This document shows positions 47,869 through 60,432 of a stretch of DNA of 64,000 bases, one piece after another (position 1 is the first letter of the stretch; every line of letters begins with the position of its first letter). Below the pieces are notes generated by a model. The model was not told the DNA's origin, searched no databases, and was given only the letters and a program-made list of their open reading frames with translations. A program made the position numbers and the translations under genes. The stretch is taken from positions 2,012,798 to 2,076,797 of the forward strand of contig MU054738.1 of NCBI GenBank assembly GCA_013239625.1, in the 5' to 3' direction. This DNA comes from Lama guanicoe. Lineage: Eukaryota.

Positions 47869-48647
47869 TCTTGTTGTGAGTCATGTTACTATACGTTCAC
47901 CGAGAACTACTTGCTGAATTACATATTTCCTTTGCATTACTTGGAAATTAGACCCAAGTCCTTGCCCTGCACCTTCTCCAGGCTACTGAGAAACTATACA
48001 ACAGCTTCCTAAGTTGTTTTCCAATGGTGCGGAACCCTGGACCTGATCTCTGTGCTTAAAGTCAAACACAAGTTCTGCTTTTGTGGGAGCAAATAACTTA
48101 TTTTAGGGAAAAATGGAGAAAGTTAATTAATCTTGGTGGGACGGGTAAAGACTGGTATGAAACATGGATAAGCTGTCCCAGAGACTCATGTGGAGGTTTC
48201 TGGAATCAACTTTAATGAGACTGTTAGTGACCAGTTTAACAAAGTATATGGTACCAACAGATCTATAGGACTTCATATTTAATGTTTTTTCCGGCTAAAC
48301 TCTGCTTTCTCACGTCAGTTAGATCTTATTTCTAGTAATATTCAATCATATAGCTATTTTTCCTATTGATACCATCTTTGGACTTTTTCAAACACATTCT
48401 TTCATCTTTGCCTTATACTAATGCATAAATTCAAGAATGTATCAGTGCAACACATCATCACTGATTCTTCTTTTAAGTAGATTCAAATACAGACAGTCCT
48501 ACAAAGCTAACCATGCATTTTGATGGTACAGAAGCCCAGACTTACGCCGGCAAGAGTATCCCCATTCCTCTAGTGCAGGTATAATCAGCCGGTGCTTGGG
48601 TTTGGTTCAAGACGAAGCGCATCCTAGACTTCCACCAGCTACTGCGC

Positions 48648-48822
48648 TGTGGGAGTCATGAGTGCCATTTGCCAAATACTTCCGCTTCTCCCTCAAGACA
48701 GATAGTAGTGCTGTGTTTCTCTTCCTCTCTGAGGACAGGTGTGCCATTTGACTTCTTCTGTCCAATAAAATTTGAATGGAAGTAATGTGCATCATTTCTG
48801 GATAGAAAGCTCCATGAGCCAG
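48648..48822 (+). mobile_element. MLT1 (I/J-like) LTR, 5' half
   Basis: 'gtgtgccatttgacttcttctgtccaataaaatttgaatggaagtaatgtgcatcatttctggatagaaagc..gagccag'. Confidence 0.7.
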
Positions 48823-50033
48823 GATCAGATCCAGCACCAGATAAGACGCAGCAAGCATGCTGCACCCATCTCTCACACGTGATACAATTACAAAACCTAG
48901 ATAGAAATTTGCAGTCTCTTAAAAGTAACCTGCAGCAGACATATTGGAGTAAAACACAAGAATCTGAACTACCATTATACTAGCAGTGGACCTCCCATTT
49001 TTAACTCCAATATCTGCCAGCCTGGATTTAAGGTGGAAGTAAGCACTGTGTCACAAAGGGAGCTCCAGGAGGAACCCTCTAGTTCTGGCTTGAAGAACAA
49101 AAGGGGGAGCTCCTAAAACTCAGAGAGAACAAAGAAATCCCACTTTCGCTTCTCTTTTTCCCATTCTTTCACAGTGCGTTCTTCCTCGTCCTCAACCAGG
49201 CAATCCTCCTGCAGTGGCAGCAGTGACCAGTAACAGGACTAGCAGGAGCCAAATCTCTGAGGGAGGGGACCTTTCCTCTCCAGTTGGAAGGCCTGAGATC
49301 CCAAGAATGCGGGGCTGTTTCTGTTCCTTTTATTCCTTCTCTGTTCTTTCATGGCTTGGGCACAGAGGTCAGCCCAAACACAAAAGTGGTCAGCAAAGTG
49401 GGGTAACTAGAGCCCCAGGATTTGGGACATAATTCTCAAAAGGAAAGACTCAGGGAGCCAGAAAATACTGAGGAGATGGCAGAGAGGGAGGACTTCATGA
49501 AAACAACCCCATAAAGTTGTTCCTGAGCTCCAGGGCCCATCTCTGAGCCTCAGGTACAAGGGACTTTATTCTAATTAGCAGGCCAAAGACTTTGTGAAAT
49601 GAACTAAGGGGTAAACTACCCCCGATCACTGATCATATCTGAAGAGCACAACAAAGGTTTTGAAAACTGAATTGACCTTGGAACCAGAGCTGCTTAGAAA
49701 GACAAATTGGAACTTACAGTCAGAATTGAACCACTTTTCTAGCATGAAAAATACTACATTCTTTGTAGGATTTAAACAAGACCCAAGTCTTACAAATTCA
49801 GCGTTCAAAATGTCCAGGATACAATCCAGAATTACTCAGCCTATGAAGAACCACAGAAACTTGTATGGGAAAAGCCAATCAGCAGACTCTAAAGCCAAGA
49901 TGACACAGATGATGGAATTATCCAACAAAGACTTTAAGGTGATTTTTATTCAGAGCTTAAATGAAAAATCATGAACACTTTTGAAATCAATGTTGAAATA
50001 GAAAGCAAATAGAAGGCATTAAGGATCAAGAAA
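48823..50033 (+). mobile_element. Old L1 (L1M-type) 5'UTR and ORF1 start, inserted in MLT1
   Basis: 'ttcaaaatgtccaggatacaatccagaattactc', 'ccaagatgacacagatgatggaattatccaacaaagactttaa' (MTQMMELSNKDFK), typical of old L1 ORF1 N-termini. Confidence 0.8.
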
Positions 50034-50260
50034 AGCCAGTGCTCCACTCACCATGTGCTCTCTCCCTCTGCCAGAGACCAGCAACGTTCCAGATTTTGTC
50101 TACTATACCAGGTCCCCAATTAAGGACAACACAGAGAACACTCACCAAATGTGTGACAGATGTGTAACATAAATGAGAAATAATCCTTGTTATTTTAAAC
50201 CACTGAAATGTGTATGCTTTTTTCTTGCTGCAACATAACCTAACCTATCTTGGCTGACAG
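50034..50260 (+). mobile_element. MLT1 (I/J-like) LTR, 3' half
   Basis: 'agccagtgctccactcaccatgtgctctctccctctgcca...gagaaataatccttgttattttaaaccactgaaat...gcaacataacctaacctatcttggctgac'. Confidence 0.75.
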
Positions 50261-53200
50261 AGCTAAATATTCTGAATTTTATGACATAATAATATCCTTA
50301 CTGTGTTTGTTTCTAGAAAGTGGAAAATTTGGATCAAAATTAGTATTTATCCCCTGTTAAATCTTCTGACAAATTCCGTAACTCTTCCAAAATAATCATC
50401 TAGTGGTTGATCAAGTCTTTACTTAAGAGATACCTCCAGTACATCTTTCTTCCAGCTCTCTTATTTAAGCAGGTAACTGTATCTTTTGGTGATGTCTACA
50501 GTGAAAGGAAACCAAGAGCTGTCTGAATTTCCAACCTTAGTAATAATGATGAGCCAACCAAGATTATTTTGAATCTTGGCAAAGAACCTGTAAACAAAAT
50601 TATGTAATATTAGACATTTAAAATAAATTCAATTAACTATGGTTTTCATGTAATGCATTCTCTCCTTGCCAGGTAAAATTGAACAAGTCATTTTTAGGCA
50701 CCTGATAAGTATACTATATTTTAAAGTTATTAATGAATCTATACTGTTAGACATTTACTCAATAAATTTACTTGAGCTGTGATTATCACTGCTAGAAAGC
50801 AGTACCAAGGTAGACAGCATAAAAAAACAGCAGATAGCAACATATTTTGCATACTGTTTTCCAGGTTCTAGAAACAAGTATTCTATAAAACAAAGAGGGG
50901 TTTTTAACTTAATTGAATTTATGTTGTGCTTATATAATAAACTCAAAGCATAATCTTACGTGGTTTACTCAAAGCTTTAATTGAGTTTAAGAAGACTTGG
51001 ATATGGTATTTAACCCAATTATCCATGTTCACTTATTTATCTAAATGCTTTTTCTAACAATTCTAAAAATTCAATGGCCAAGAGTTGCTACAATCCAGCT
51101 TATGTAACATCTGGAATGAATGATTGAAATGTGATGTCTATTTTAAGTACATAATAACCAGGTTGGCTGGTTATAAGTTTGACAAATTGGTGGCCTGCTT
51201 ATTCTTCCCTTTGTTATTTATTTTAATAACTTGATTAGCAGAATGAGGTTGACTCAGGAACTACTTAAACCAAACGAGCATAATGTAATTGTCATTAAGC
51301 ATCAATAAGCCGTGTTTTCCCTCTCAGGCAGATTAGGCTTTACTTGTGAATCCTCCTTGAGGAGCAGGAGGGAAGGTGAATTGTTCTTTCTCCACCCTGT
51401 TCATCCTCTAATAAGGTTCCCCAATACTTATTCCAATAAGATTTATGTGGGGATATTAACAATGGGAAGTCTTATAAGAGTTCTTTTAAAAGTTCCTCAC
51501 TCTATTATCATCGTGAATGAGAAGGAAAACAGAGCTGTGTGGGAAATTATTCACCACATTTTACATCTTTAAATTATATATATATTTGAGCCAGAAGTAG
51601 ATCATCATCACATTTCTCAGTGACCTTGATTGTAATCCACATAGCTTAAACCAGATCAAACAATTAAGCTTTCATTTAAAAATATTCATTTTATAATATC
51701 CATCAGCAAAAAAACCCCATAATTTTTCAAAAACTAGTTTTATCAGTGGAAGTCACATGTTGTTAGGGAGTTACGAAGGAAAACCATGGCTCGCAAATGG
51801 AATTCGTTCAGTTATCAGATGGAAGTCCCTGTGACTTCTTCCCCTGTGATTCCTGGTCTCTAAGTAAGGTGTTATTGATGGAGATATGAGGAATTTTTAA
51901 AGACTCCTTAAAAAGAAAGTGGATTGGTGCAAAAAGCATGGAGTTATTCAAACAGAAAGAAACGTAGAATTGAAATGAACTGGCCACATAGAATTATGTC
52001 TGCGAGTAGAGACAAGGTTCTAAGACTAAGTGTATCTATGTTAGCCAAATGCACAGAACAGTCAGGGAAGACAGAAGTTCCTAATAAGATGAGAAGGAGC
52101 AATTAATGCCATCACAATTACCCTGAAATGGAGTTTAAGCAGATAAAAAGAAAAAGTAGTAAACCAATGGGAACAAAATCAGAGAGGGGTAATTCCAACC
52201 TGACTTGCAATACCAGAGCCTGGGCATTTAGATGAGCCCACCTTGAAGGGGAAGGCTCTGAGAAGTCAGGAGGGGCACCCTATAAACTCAAAGACTCTGC
52301 AGAAGTGTGTTCACGGAAAGAACAGAACCATGCACCCTAGGTGTTCCAAACAATTGATACATTTGAAGTGGATATTTCCACTCAATGATTTGTTATGTTT
52401 GGTAAATTTCATGCACCATAAAATGGTTTCTAACCTTTATTTACAGTTTTAAGCATTTTTCATGGTTTTTTTAATATGTTACTGTTTTCTGAATCTTTGT
52501 GCATTTTTTTCTTTACTTTTCAGACAGTTTTTAAAATTTATAATCTGTTCTTCAACAGTATGCATGCTCCACTCATTTGGCAATGTCTTCATGAATTTTA
52601 ATTTTTTTCTTTCCAATTCAAGTCATCATTAATATATTAGTAACTTTCTGGACCTCCAGTGCTTTTATTATTTACAAAACATTTTTAAAATGTTGTTTAC
52701 CTTCTATTTCACATTTTAATCTTTAATTCATTTTTATACATTAATGCCAATTTTAACTATTAAGCATGTTTTTGCCATTCTGAGTATGTTTCATTTATAT
52801 CTAAGCAGCATTCATCATAAAAAGCTAACACCTGTAGTAGGGAAAATGGTTATTTTTATTGGATTTTCCTAAAAGGGCAATAAGATTTTAAATGCTACTA
52901 TTTTACATAAGGATGTAAAATAAAATGATGAGAATCTGTCTAGATCATCGAAATTCCAGATGTATCATTATATCTTACATCTTATTTATACCAACATATT
53001 ATCGGTGCTACTTCCAAAAGTTGACAAAGAATTATTTATGACGTGAGCAAGTGATCATACACTGAGCGGATGCAAAATGAGTGACTTAAAATACAACCCA
53101 TGTGTTCTTACCAGTTGAAGTTTTACAAATCTACTTTTTAATCTTTCAGTCATTTTCTTCAGACTGCCTTTGCCCCATAATCAGCAGTGTCCATACAGAG

Positions 53201-53269
53201 TTCAATGATTAAAAAAAAAGTTGCAGAAAGAAGAATCGTGCATGAACACAGCAGTGAAGCCACAATGAG

Positions 53270-53470
53270 GAGGCAGCATGTTATAAAAGGAAGTATAAAG
53301 GCTTTGTGTTCAACAACCTTGGGTTCTGGTAAATGTTCTGTTACATACTAGCTACCTGCCTTGGATATATTTTCTTCCTCTATAAAATGAGAGAAAAGGA
53401 TTTTTATTAGCATTGAATAAGCAGTATGTGTAAAAATACTAACAAACAGTATCTTATTAATGCCAATTTC
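53270..53470 (+). mobile_element. MIR SINE
   Basis: 'gaggcagcatgttataaaaggaag...ccttgggttc...tactagct..ccttgga...ttcttcctctataaaatgag'. Confidence 0.65.
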
Positions 53471-53642
53471 TTTTCCTTCTCTTACTCTCATTTCTCACTC
53501 AAGAAATACATATATTAAGCACTATAGAATTAAAACACTGTGACAGGCACCCTGTGAGATACAAAGATGAATAAGATGTGATCTAAAGAAGATTACAGAC
53601 CAAATGAGGAAGTTAAAAATATACACCATCTTTTTAAAAGGC

Positions 53643-53690
53643 AAAAAACAAACAAACAAACAAAACCCCAAAAAACCAAAATAACAAACC
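53643..53690. repeat. (CAAA)n / A-rich simple repeat
   Basis: aaaaaacaaacaaacaaacaaaaccccaaaaaaccaaaataacaaacc. Confidence 0.85.
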
Positions 53691-55080
53691 ACATTTGGTT
53701 AAAGTCATGCAATAAATACTTGTTCCCTGTTGAACTGGTTGAGTTGGCCAGCTGGTTAATGGAAAGGTCTTACTTTCCATTTTGGAGCAGCTCTGCCCTG
53801 TTAGGTGGAAGGCAGGCCAGGAGTGGGCATGGCAGGGGGCAGGGATGGCCTCTGTTCAGGGAACAAAGGGGAGCAAAGGACGAATGGGACCCAGTGGGAT
53901 CATCTAAGTGGAGGAGATGAGGAGAGCTGAACAAGTCTCTGTGAACAAATGGACACAAAACCAGATATTAAAAGGAAGGATTGGTACCAGAAAACTAACT
54001 CCAAGGAACTGGTTCTGAGGGGGTCCTGGAACACATCCATGGACAAAGGGGTCTCTCAAGGAAGACTACTGAGCCCATGGTTCAGGAGCAGGTGCCCTTA
54101 AAGGTGCAGGGATCTCTGGATGAGCTCAAGATCTCTGCAGCGAAGCAACTTCCCAAATTAACTGGAAATGACTGACTTTGAGAATCTGGTTATGTTACTG
54201 CTGTTCAGCTTGTTCCATTCTGTGAGAGGATTTACTCACTGAGAGAAAAGAGAGGTCTGACAATAGCTCTGAAGAACATCCCCATCCACTTGCAGGACAA
54301 ACGCCGCTGGAGGGTGGGGTTGGGGGACGCTGTACTCAGAAGAACCCAATTTTCAAATTGACTCATAAGTCTTAGGGCCAGCATGATATTAGTGAGACGT
54401 AACAGGGAGAAAGCGCCTTTATCCACGCGAAACCCTGTTCCCACCTGAACACATTAAGGTTTGCTTGCCCTGTATCACAGCTCTATTCCAGACGTACAGC
54501 TTTAGGGTTGAGCATAGCTGAGGCAGACCAGGCTGTGCTAGCTTTTCTACGTGTCTGCCTTTCCTCCAGGATACAAGGATGGAGTAGATGAGGGAGGGGT
54601 GCCAAACACAGACCAAAAAACTGATGGAGATCATATACATTTCTTATGCTAAGGGAATGAACTCAGTTGTCTTCCTAATATCAAATATAGTTTATATTTT
54701 CTGCCCATTGGAGATTCCAACAGATGCAGAATCCATTAACTACTAGATCATGCTGACCTGTGACGTGAAAAAGCCAGAAGCGAGCTTCAGAATCCACAGA
54801 GGACCATTAGGAGTAACACTTACCTAAAACCTTTAAAACCACAAAAACATCAACTTGCAAATGTGGAGGCCTTCTACCCAAATTCTCAAATATTTAAGTT
54901 CTCATTTTGAGGGTAAAGATGAGCCACTGGCTTTCAAGTGGACAGAGAACAGGAGAGGTGATTCCATCAAGATCTCCTGAGGAATATGGTCAAATGTTTC
55001 AGTATCCATGGTTTGGTGTCAAGTTACCGGGATAGAGGGTGGGCAGGGAGTATGTTCATAACAGTAACTTTCAGAGCTCC

Positions 55081-55345
55081 TGTATTATTACATAGTGCTT
55101 CATAACAAATTACCTTCAAACTCAGTCATTTAAAACAACATACATTCATTATCCTACGATTTATGCAGGTTATGTATCAGGGCACAGCCTACCTGAGTTC
55201 TCTGCTTCAGGGTTTCTCTCAGGACTATAATTAAGGTGCCAGCCATGGCTGGTCCAGTTCACAGCCAAGGGGAGCAGATTACACAGAGGTGTGGGCACCA
55301 GGAGGCAGGAATACCTGGGAGCCATCCCAGAAGCTGCCTATCACG
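55081..55345 (-). mobile_element. MLT1 LTR fragment
   Basis: 'tgtattatta...gcttcataacaaattaccttcaaactcagtcatttaaaacaacatacattcattatc...gggagccatcccagaagctgcctatcac'. Confidence 0.75.
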
Positions 55346-56299
55346 CCCCCACGAGACTGTAAGACGCTCTTTCTGGTCCCCTCCCTTATCTTTGGTTTCT
55401 TTTCTTTCTAAATGACAGGCTGGTCCACTGCCTGCTTAAATCCTGACTGAAAACACTTGGGAATAACTTGGAAAGAAAACTTGAATCAGCCAGTCTGAAC
55501 TGGTTTGTGGAAAAGGCAAAAGGTTGGGGGGTGGGGGTACGGTTGCTTATATTCTTTGTTTTGAGGGTGGGAAGTGCAAACAAGAGTTGAGGGAATTTGA
55601 ACAAAGAGTGAAGATCTGGCTTTATTTCATTTATCCACATCCTTCCACTCTTCTATTGACAGAGCTTACTAAGAGCAGGATATGTCTTAAACAAACAAAT
55701 CTGAATATACCTTAGAGACCACGAAAAGCCATACCCTGTCCTGGCCAGTTAGAGTGTGTGTGTAAGTCAGCTGAAGTCAGTATGAATAACACCTGAGTTA
55801 CTTGAGTGGCAGGGGACACTGGATTCAGCTCACAGAGTCCTCCCGTGGTGGCTGAGGACTGGAGACTTTGCTCTACCAGGCACCCCTGCTAAGGATTCTG
55901 TGGGCTCAGAGAGCCCCCTGCACTTGAGGATCACCAGGGCCAGACCAGTGCCCGTGCCCAGAACTTGCCAGGCCTCTGGAAGCTCACCTCACGATAGAAT
56001 ACACCATGACTCTAGAGATCCTATGATTCTCTGACAGATGCCAGCACCGCTGGAAACCTGATGTCTTACCCGAGCTCACAGGACTCCACGTGCCTCTCAA
56101 CAAGCTCCCTGCCCCTCCCACTAAGTGCCTGACATGCTGGTGCCAGTCCCCCCAGCGCCAGCCCCTGCCTGACTCAGAGTCTCACACTGCTGTTCTCTCT
56201 TTCCCTGACCCTGTGACCTTCCTTCTTTCAGACCTCAACTTAACTAACACCCACTTAAACAGAAGTTCCCCAAACACCTAATATCAAACTCTTTATTTT

Positions 56300-56505
56300 C
56301 TATTATTGAAATCAGTCTATTGCATTCATACTTCAAAGTCTGTTTTTTAACTGTTTGCTTATTTGTTTAATGTCTAACCTCCCCAGGAGAGTACAAGTGC
56401 AGACAGGACAGAGGCACATCTGTCTTGTTCATTACATTATATCCTCAGTGTTCAGCACAGCGCCCGGCACGCAGGAGTCACTCAACAACTACATGTTGAA
56501 TGTTG
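56300..56505 (+). mobile_element. L2 3' end
   Basis: 'tctgtcttgttcatt...tcctcagtgttcagcacagcgcccggcacgcaggagtcactcaacaactacatgttgaatg'. Confidence 0.75.
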
Positions 56506-57054
56506 GGTCGTTTTAACATTCAAAGGGATTCTAACTCATTTTGAAAGTTCAATATAGACTGAGTGTGTATATTTTATGTGACAGAGAGAGAAAGTACTGA
56601 GGTTGAATCTGAAAGGAATGTAGTTATGTAATCATGAAAAGATTTAAAGTGTATTCAATGACACTGTGTACCTAGTATGGTCTTATTTATTTGTTTGAAT
56701 TTGCATTGTTTGTATTTAAATGGGGTGTGTATAAATAGTCTGTGTAAATTACAAAACACATTTTGAGGAAACATTATTGCTACAAGAGTGTAATCCAAGA
56801 CTGACATCTCGGTGATATTGCTCGAATCCCTGGGACACTTGAGAAAGAATCCTAAGAAGCCAGTTACTGAGCAGCACAGGGAGCGACCAGAAACGCAGTT
56901 TCACTTGTGGAGAGTCTGTGAATCCTATTAAATATGATACACAGTAATGAAGTAGAAACAAGTTAGTGTACTGCTAGTGCTTTATCATTTATTTCTCCTT
57001 TTATCCAGCTCTTCCTGAGAACAAAAAAGGATTTGTTGTCGGGGGGGCAGGGGC

Positions 57055-57240
57055 GGTGGATAGTGAATCAGATTAAAGATGTTCTGAGCTCAAATTCTTG
57101 CTCAGTCACTTACTAGCCATACGACCTTGGGCGAGTCACCTTTGCTGGACCCACAGTTTCTTTATATGAAAAGGGTTTTGGTAAAGATCATATAAGATGA
57201 GGAATGTAAAGAGTTTTGTAAATTACAGAATGATGTAGAG
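57055..57240 (+). mobile_element. MIR SINE
   Basis: 'ctgagctcaaattcttgctcagtcacttactagccatacgaccttgggcgagtcac...cagtttctttatatgaaaa'. Confidence 0.8.
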
Positions 57241-59249
57241 AAATAAGGTGTTTCGTTCTTCGGGGACAATGGAAGAAATCTTTGTCATTTCTTCTTAAGG
57301 TTCTTGTCAAAAATTTTCATTCTTTTGGCCCTTTTCAGATTAAACAAATTCCATTTGCTTAAATACTGTGTAAATTCCTTATCTCTCTATAGGATTTGTG
57401 AGGGGCTAATACCTAGATTTAGATCTGCCTGTCTTGGCTCACTCTGAAACAGAACATCTGCATTTCAGAATCCTCTTGGTTTATTTCACGTAGATGAAAC
57501 TTATGTTAACGTTTGGCTTTGTATTAAATACTGTTTGGAATCTTATTAACTGATCATGGATGTTGTCTTTTTTTTTTCCCACAAATTGGTGACCATCTCA
57601 TTCTATCCAGGAACCCTTTATTTTTGTCATGAATTTTTGTTTATTGTGGCTTTCACATGGTGCAGAAAATAAGAGACTAAACATAAGCTTCAATTCTCAG
57701 AGCTTTCCTTTAGTTCTTACTTCTAGAATGCATAAAACCTTTTTAAAAGGCTCTGTTTAGAGATTTTTCTGGAAGGAAGGAAGATGTGAGGAAACCAAGT
57801 CTTCTCTACAATGTTTCTCCTATATATCACTTTGAAACCACCTGTCTGGCGGCTTGCCACTGCCATCTTGTGTATGGATTTTTGTAACATTCGGTCAACA
57901 TCCTATCAGCCTTCCTGTTTCTGCTGTCTTAATCTTCTGCTCCTGTTTTGGTGGATTAGAGGAGTTCAGGATGACTCTTAAAGTCTGGCTCCCTTCACCG
58001 TCCTTGGTCAGGGAAAACTAAACATCAATCACCAGGTAATCCAATCCAATCACCAAAACCACCACTGGCTTGCCCAGAGATGGCATCTGACCTAAGGGTA
58101 GCCAGGTTATTGACCCATTGAGTATATTTCTGAGACAGTCCCGCCAACTTCCTATAATACTGACTGTGCCAACTGGAGCCTTTCTTGTGAAGTTTGAATT
58201 TGAGGCATTCAGAAGAGCTAAGTAACCATTCCTGAGGCAACAGCTATCAGAGTTCTTACTGAGTGCCTAGTACTGTGATCAGACTAGTAAAGCCATGGCT
58301 ACATTCCTGTTTTACTCTCTATATATCCTTAAAAGAAGATCCCCATTGCCAGAGGTTACCAAGTGCTTCTCCTTCCTTGCAATGGATAAAAACAAGGTTT
58401 CCAACCTAATGCTGCCTGTTACCACGATCACACTCACACCTTGTAAACTGACTTCAGTAACTGACTCCTTGTCTTGGTGCTTCACCTACTATTGGAGTCT
58501 TAGACTCCTGGACCCCTGTCACGTTCTCTTCGGTAACCCCAAGGACTGAATTCTGTCTCCTAACTCCTGACATTACAGCTGGATTCTCATTACTTTTGCC
58601 ATTTTTTTCTACCGCCAGTTGGCTTGCTGGGCTCTGCTTATGATCTGCTGCCAAGTTCTCTGAACTCTTGTCCCACCCACCTGAAAGCAGACCTCCCAGA
58701 TGGCGAAGTGTAGGGTGATCTGTAGGTGGCTCACCAAGAGGTGATGCACCCTCCCACACTGCCTGCAGCATCCTGCCATGCTCCAGGTTCCGCCCTGGGT
58801 TTGACCTATCTGGATCATCAGTGCAGCCCTACGCTGTCTGTCTGTGATACTGTCTGTATCAGATTCATTTGAGGTGAATTCTCTTCCACTTTATGCCTAA
58901 TTGGTAATTTGAATAACTGCCTAATTGGTCTGATATCCCAGATCACTAATCCCTTCAGCACAACCTGTAAAAACTTTTCAGTCTTTAAATGAAATTTTGG
59001 TAATTTGCCCGTATTATAAAACTAGTAACTAAAATACTTCAGAGTGAATTTCTTATCCAGAGGACAAGGCCCTCTTCAATATGACAACCACGTACCTCCC
59101 GCTTTACCTGCATGAACCCTCTGGCCCAGCTAGGAGACTTGCTAGCTTTACTTTAGACAGTCCTTTTTCCTTGCTCCTGACTATTATGTTCTGCTAAATT
59201 ATACTATGCCTGAATCCTCTCTAATAACTGGAATCCTGCCTAAGTATCA

Positions 59250-59620
59250 TGTAATTCATTAATTCAATCAAAAGACAGCTTTGAGTGACCACCACTTACT
59301 AGACACAATCAGTTGGTAGTTATTCAAAGAGATGTATGACTACTTGCTCTCAAAGAGTTCAGAGTCTGATCAGGAGAGTCAAACAGGAAGCAGAGAAATT
59401 ATTGGAGAGCGTACAAAAGGGAGGAGGCTGTAAATTATACCCAGCACGGGGAAAAAAGCAAAAGGAATATCTTTAACGGTAGATCCTTCATTTAGGATTT
59501 AGATCCTTCTAAATCTTTATTTGATGATAAATACATCAAAGTTCATAGGGATGGGAAAGACGCTGTAGGCGAAGGAAGTTACAGGAGCAAAAGTGTAGAT
59601 GTTAAGATGCATGTCGTGTG
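59250..59620 (-). mobile_element. L2 3' part
   Basis: 'attcattaattcaatcaaa...tttgagtgaccacc...cttgctctcaaagagttcagagtct'. Confidence 0.6.
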
Positions 59621-60027
59621 TACACAGAACAGTAAATGTCAGAAAGGGAGTTACAGAGTAAGATGAAGATGAAAAGACACAAGTCACATCATTGTGTCTC
59701 ATAAACAGAAAATAACACGATCAGCTTGAATATTACAAAGGTTGCCTGAGTCTCTCCTATCTGCCTCCTTGTTGCTACAATTTTTGCTTCTTCCTCTGCT
59801 GTCAATTACATGGATATCCTAACACTCAAACTCAACCATATTACTCAAACCATATTACTATCACACTGCTTCCTCACCCTCATCCCTATTTTCCAACCAC
59901 AATGTTTCAGTATTTAATCATTTCTTGTTCCTATCATGTTGGAAGACACTTCTCTTTAAAAATTGTAGCAGTTAATTCATTCAACAAACGTTTACTTCAG
60001 TGGCTCCTGCAGTACAAGTGTTCAATT

Positions 60028-60432
60028 GCAGTAGATAGTGTAGTGTGCCACCAGAGCTCCCTTTAGGACTTAGGCACTCATCCCCCTTTCTGAGTCTGTT
60101 ACCTGTTCAGAATTCTAATCTTGCAGAAGGAAGCTTCCTTTCCCAACATTTGTCCCCTTTCCAGGAGTGGCTGGCATCCAATAACTGGTTACTTGTATAG
60201 ATTCAAAGGCTGATCCCCCTTGCCTGCACTCAGAACAAGGCTAAAGATCCATGCCAACTCCAGAGCAGCCTGCAGTTTACAACTCATCTCAGTTTACCTT
60301 CTCCTTCTGCCCAATTATGCTTTACTAATCTCTCACAGGTATTAACTCCAATAAACAAACTCCCAAATAGACTTCCTGAATGCAAATCTCAAAATCTCAG
60401 AGGCTACTTCCCAGAGAATCCAACCTACAACA
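60028..60432 (+). mobile_element. ERVL LTR, LTR16C-like
   Basis: 'ttaggacttaggcactcatcccc', 'gcatccaataactggt', 'ccttctccttctgcccaat', end 'gcaaatctcaaaatctcagaggctacttcccagagaatccaacctacaaca'. Confidence 0.8.

Noticed and set aside
47621-48012. Four ORFs spanning the N run
   Set aside because: Artefacts of translating through the assembly gap.
58025-58818. Cluster of overlapping ORFs, considered as possible ERV internal or exon sequence
   Set aside because: No gag/pol/env or cellular motif recognised, and no convincing splice-site pair.
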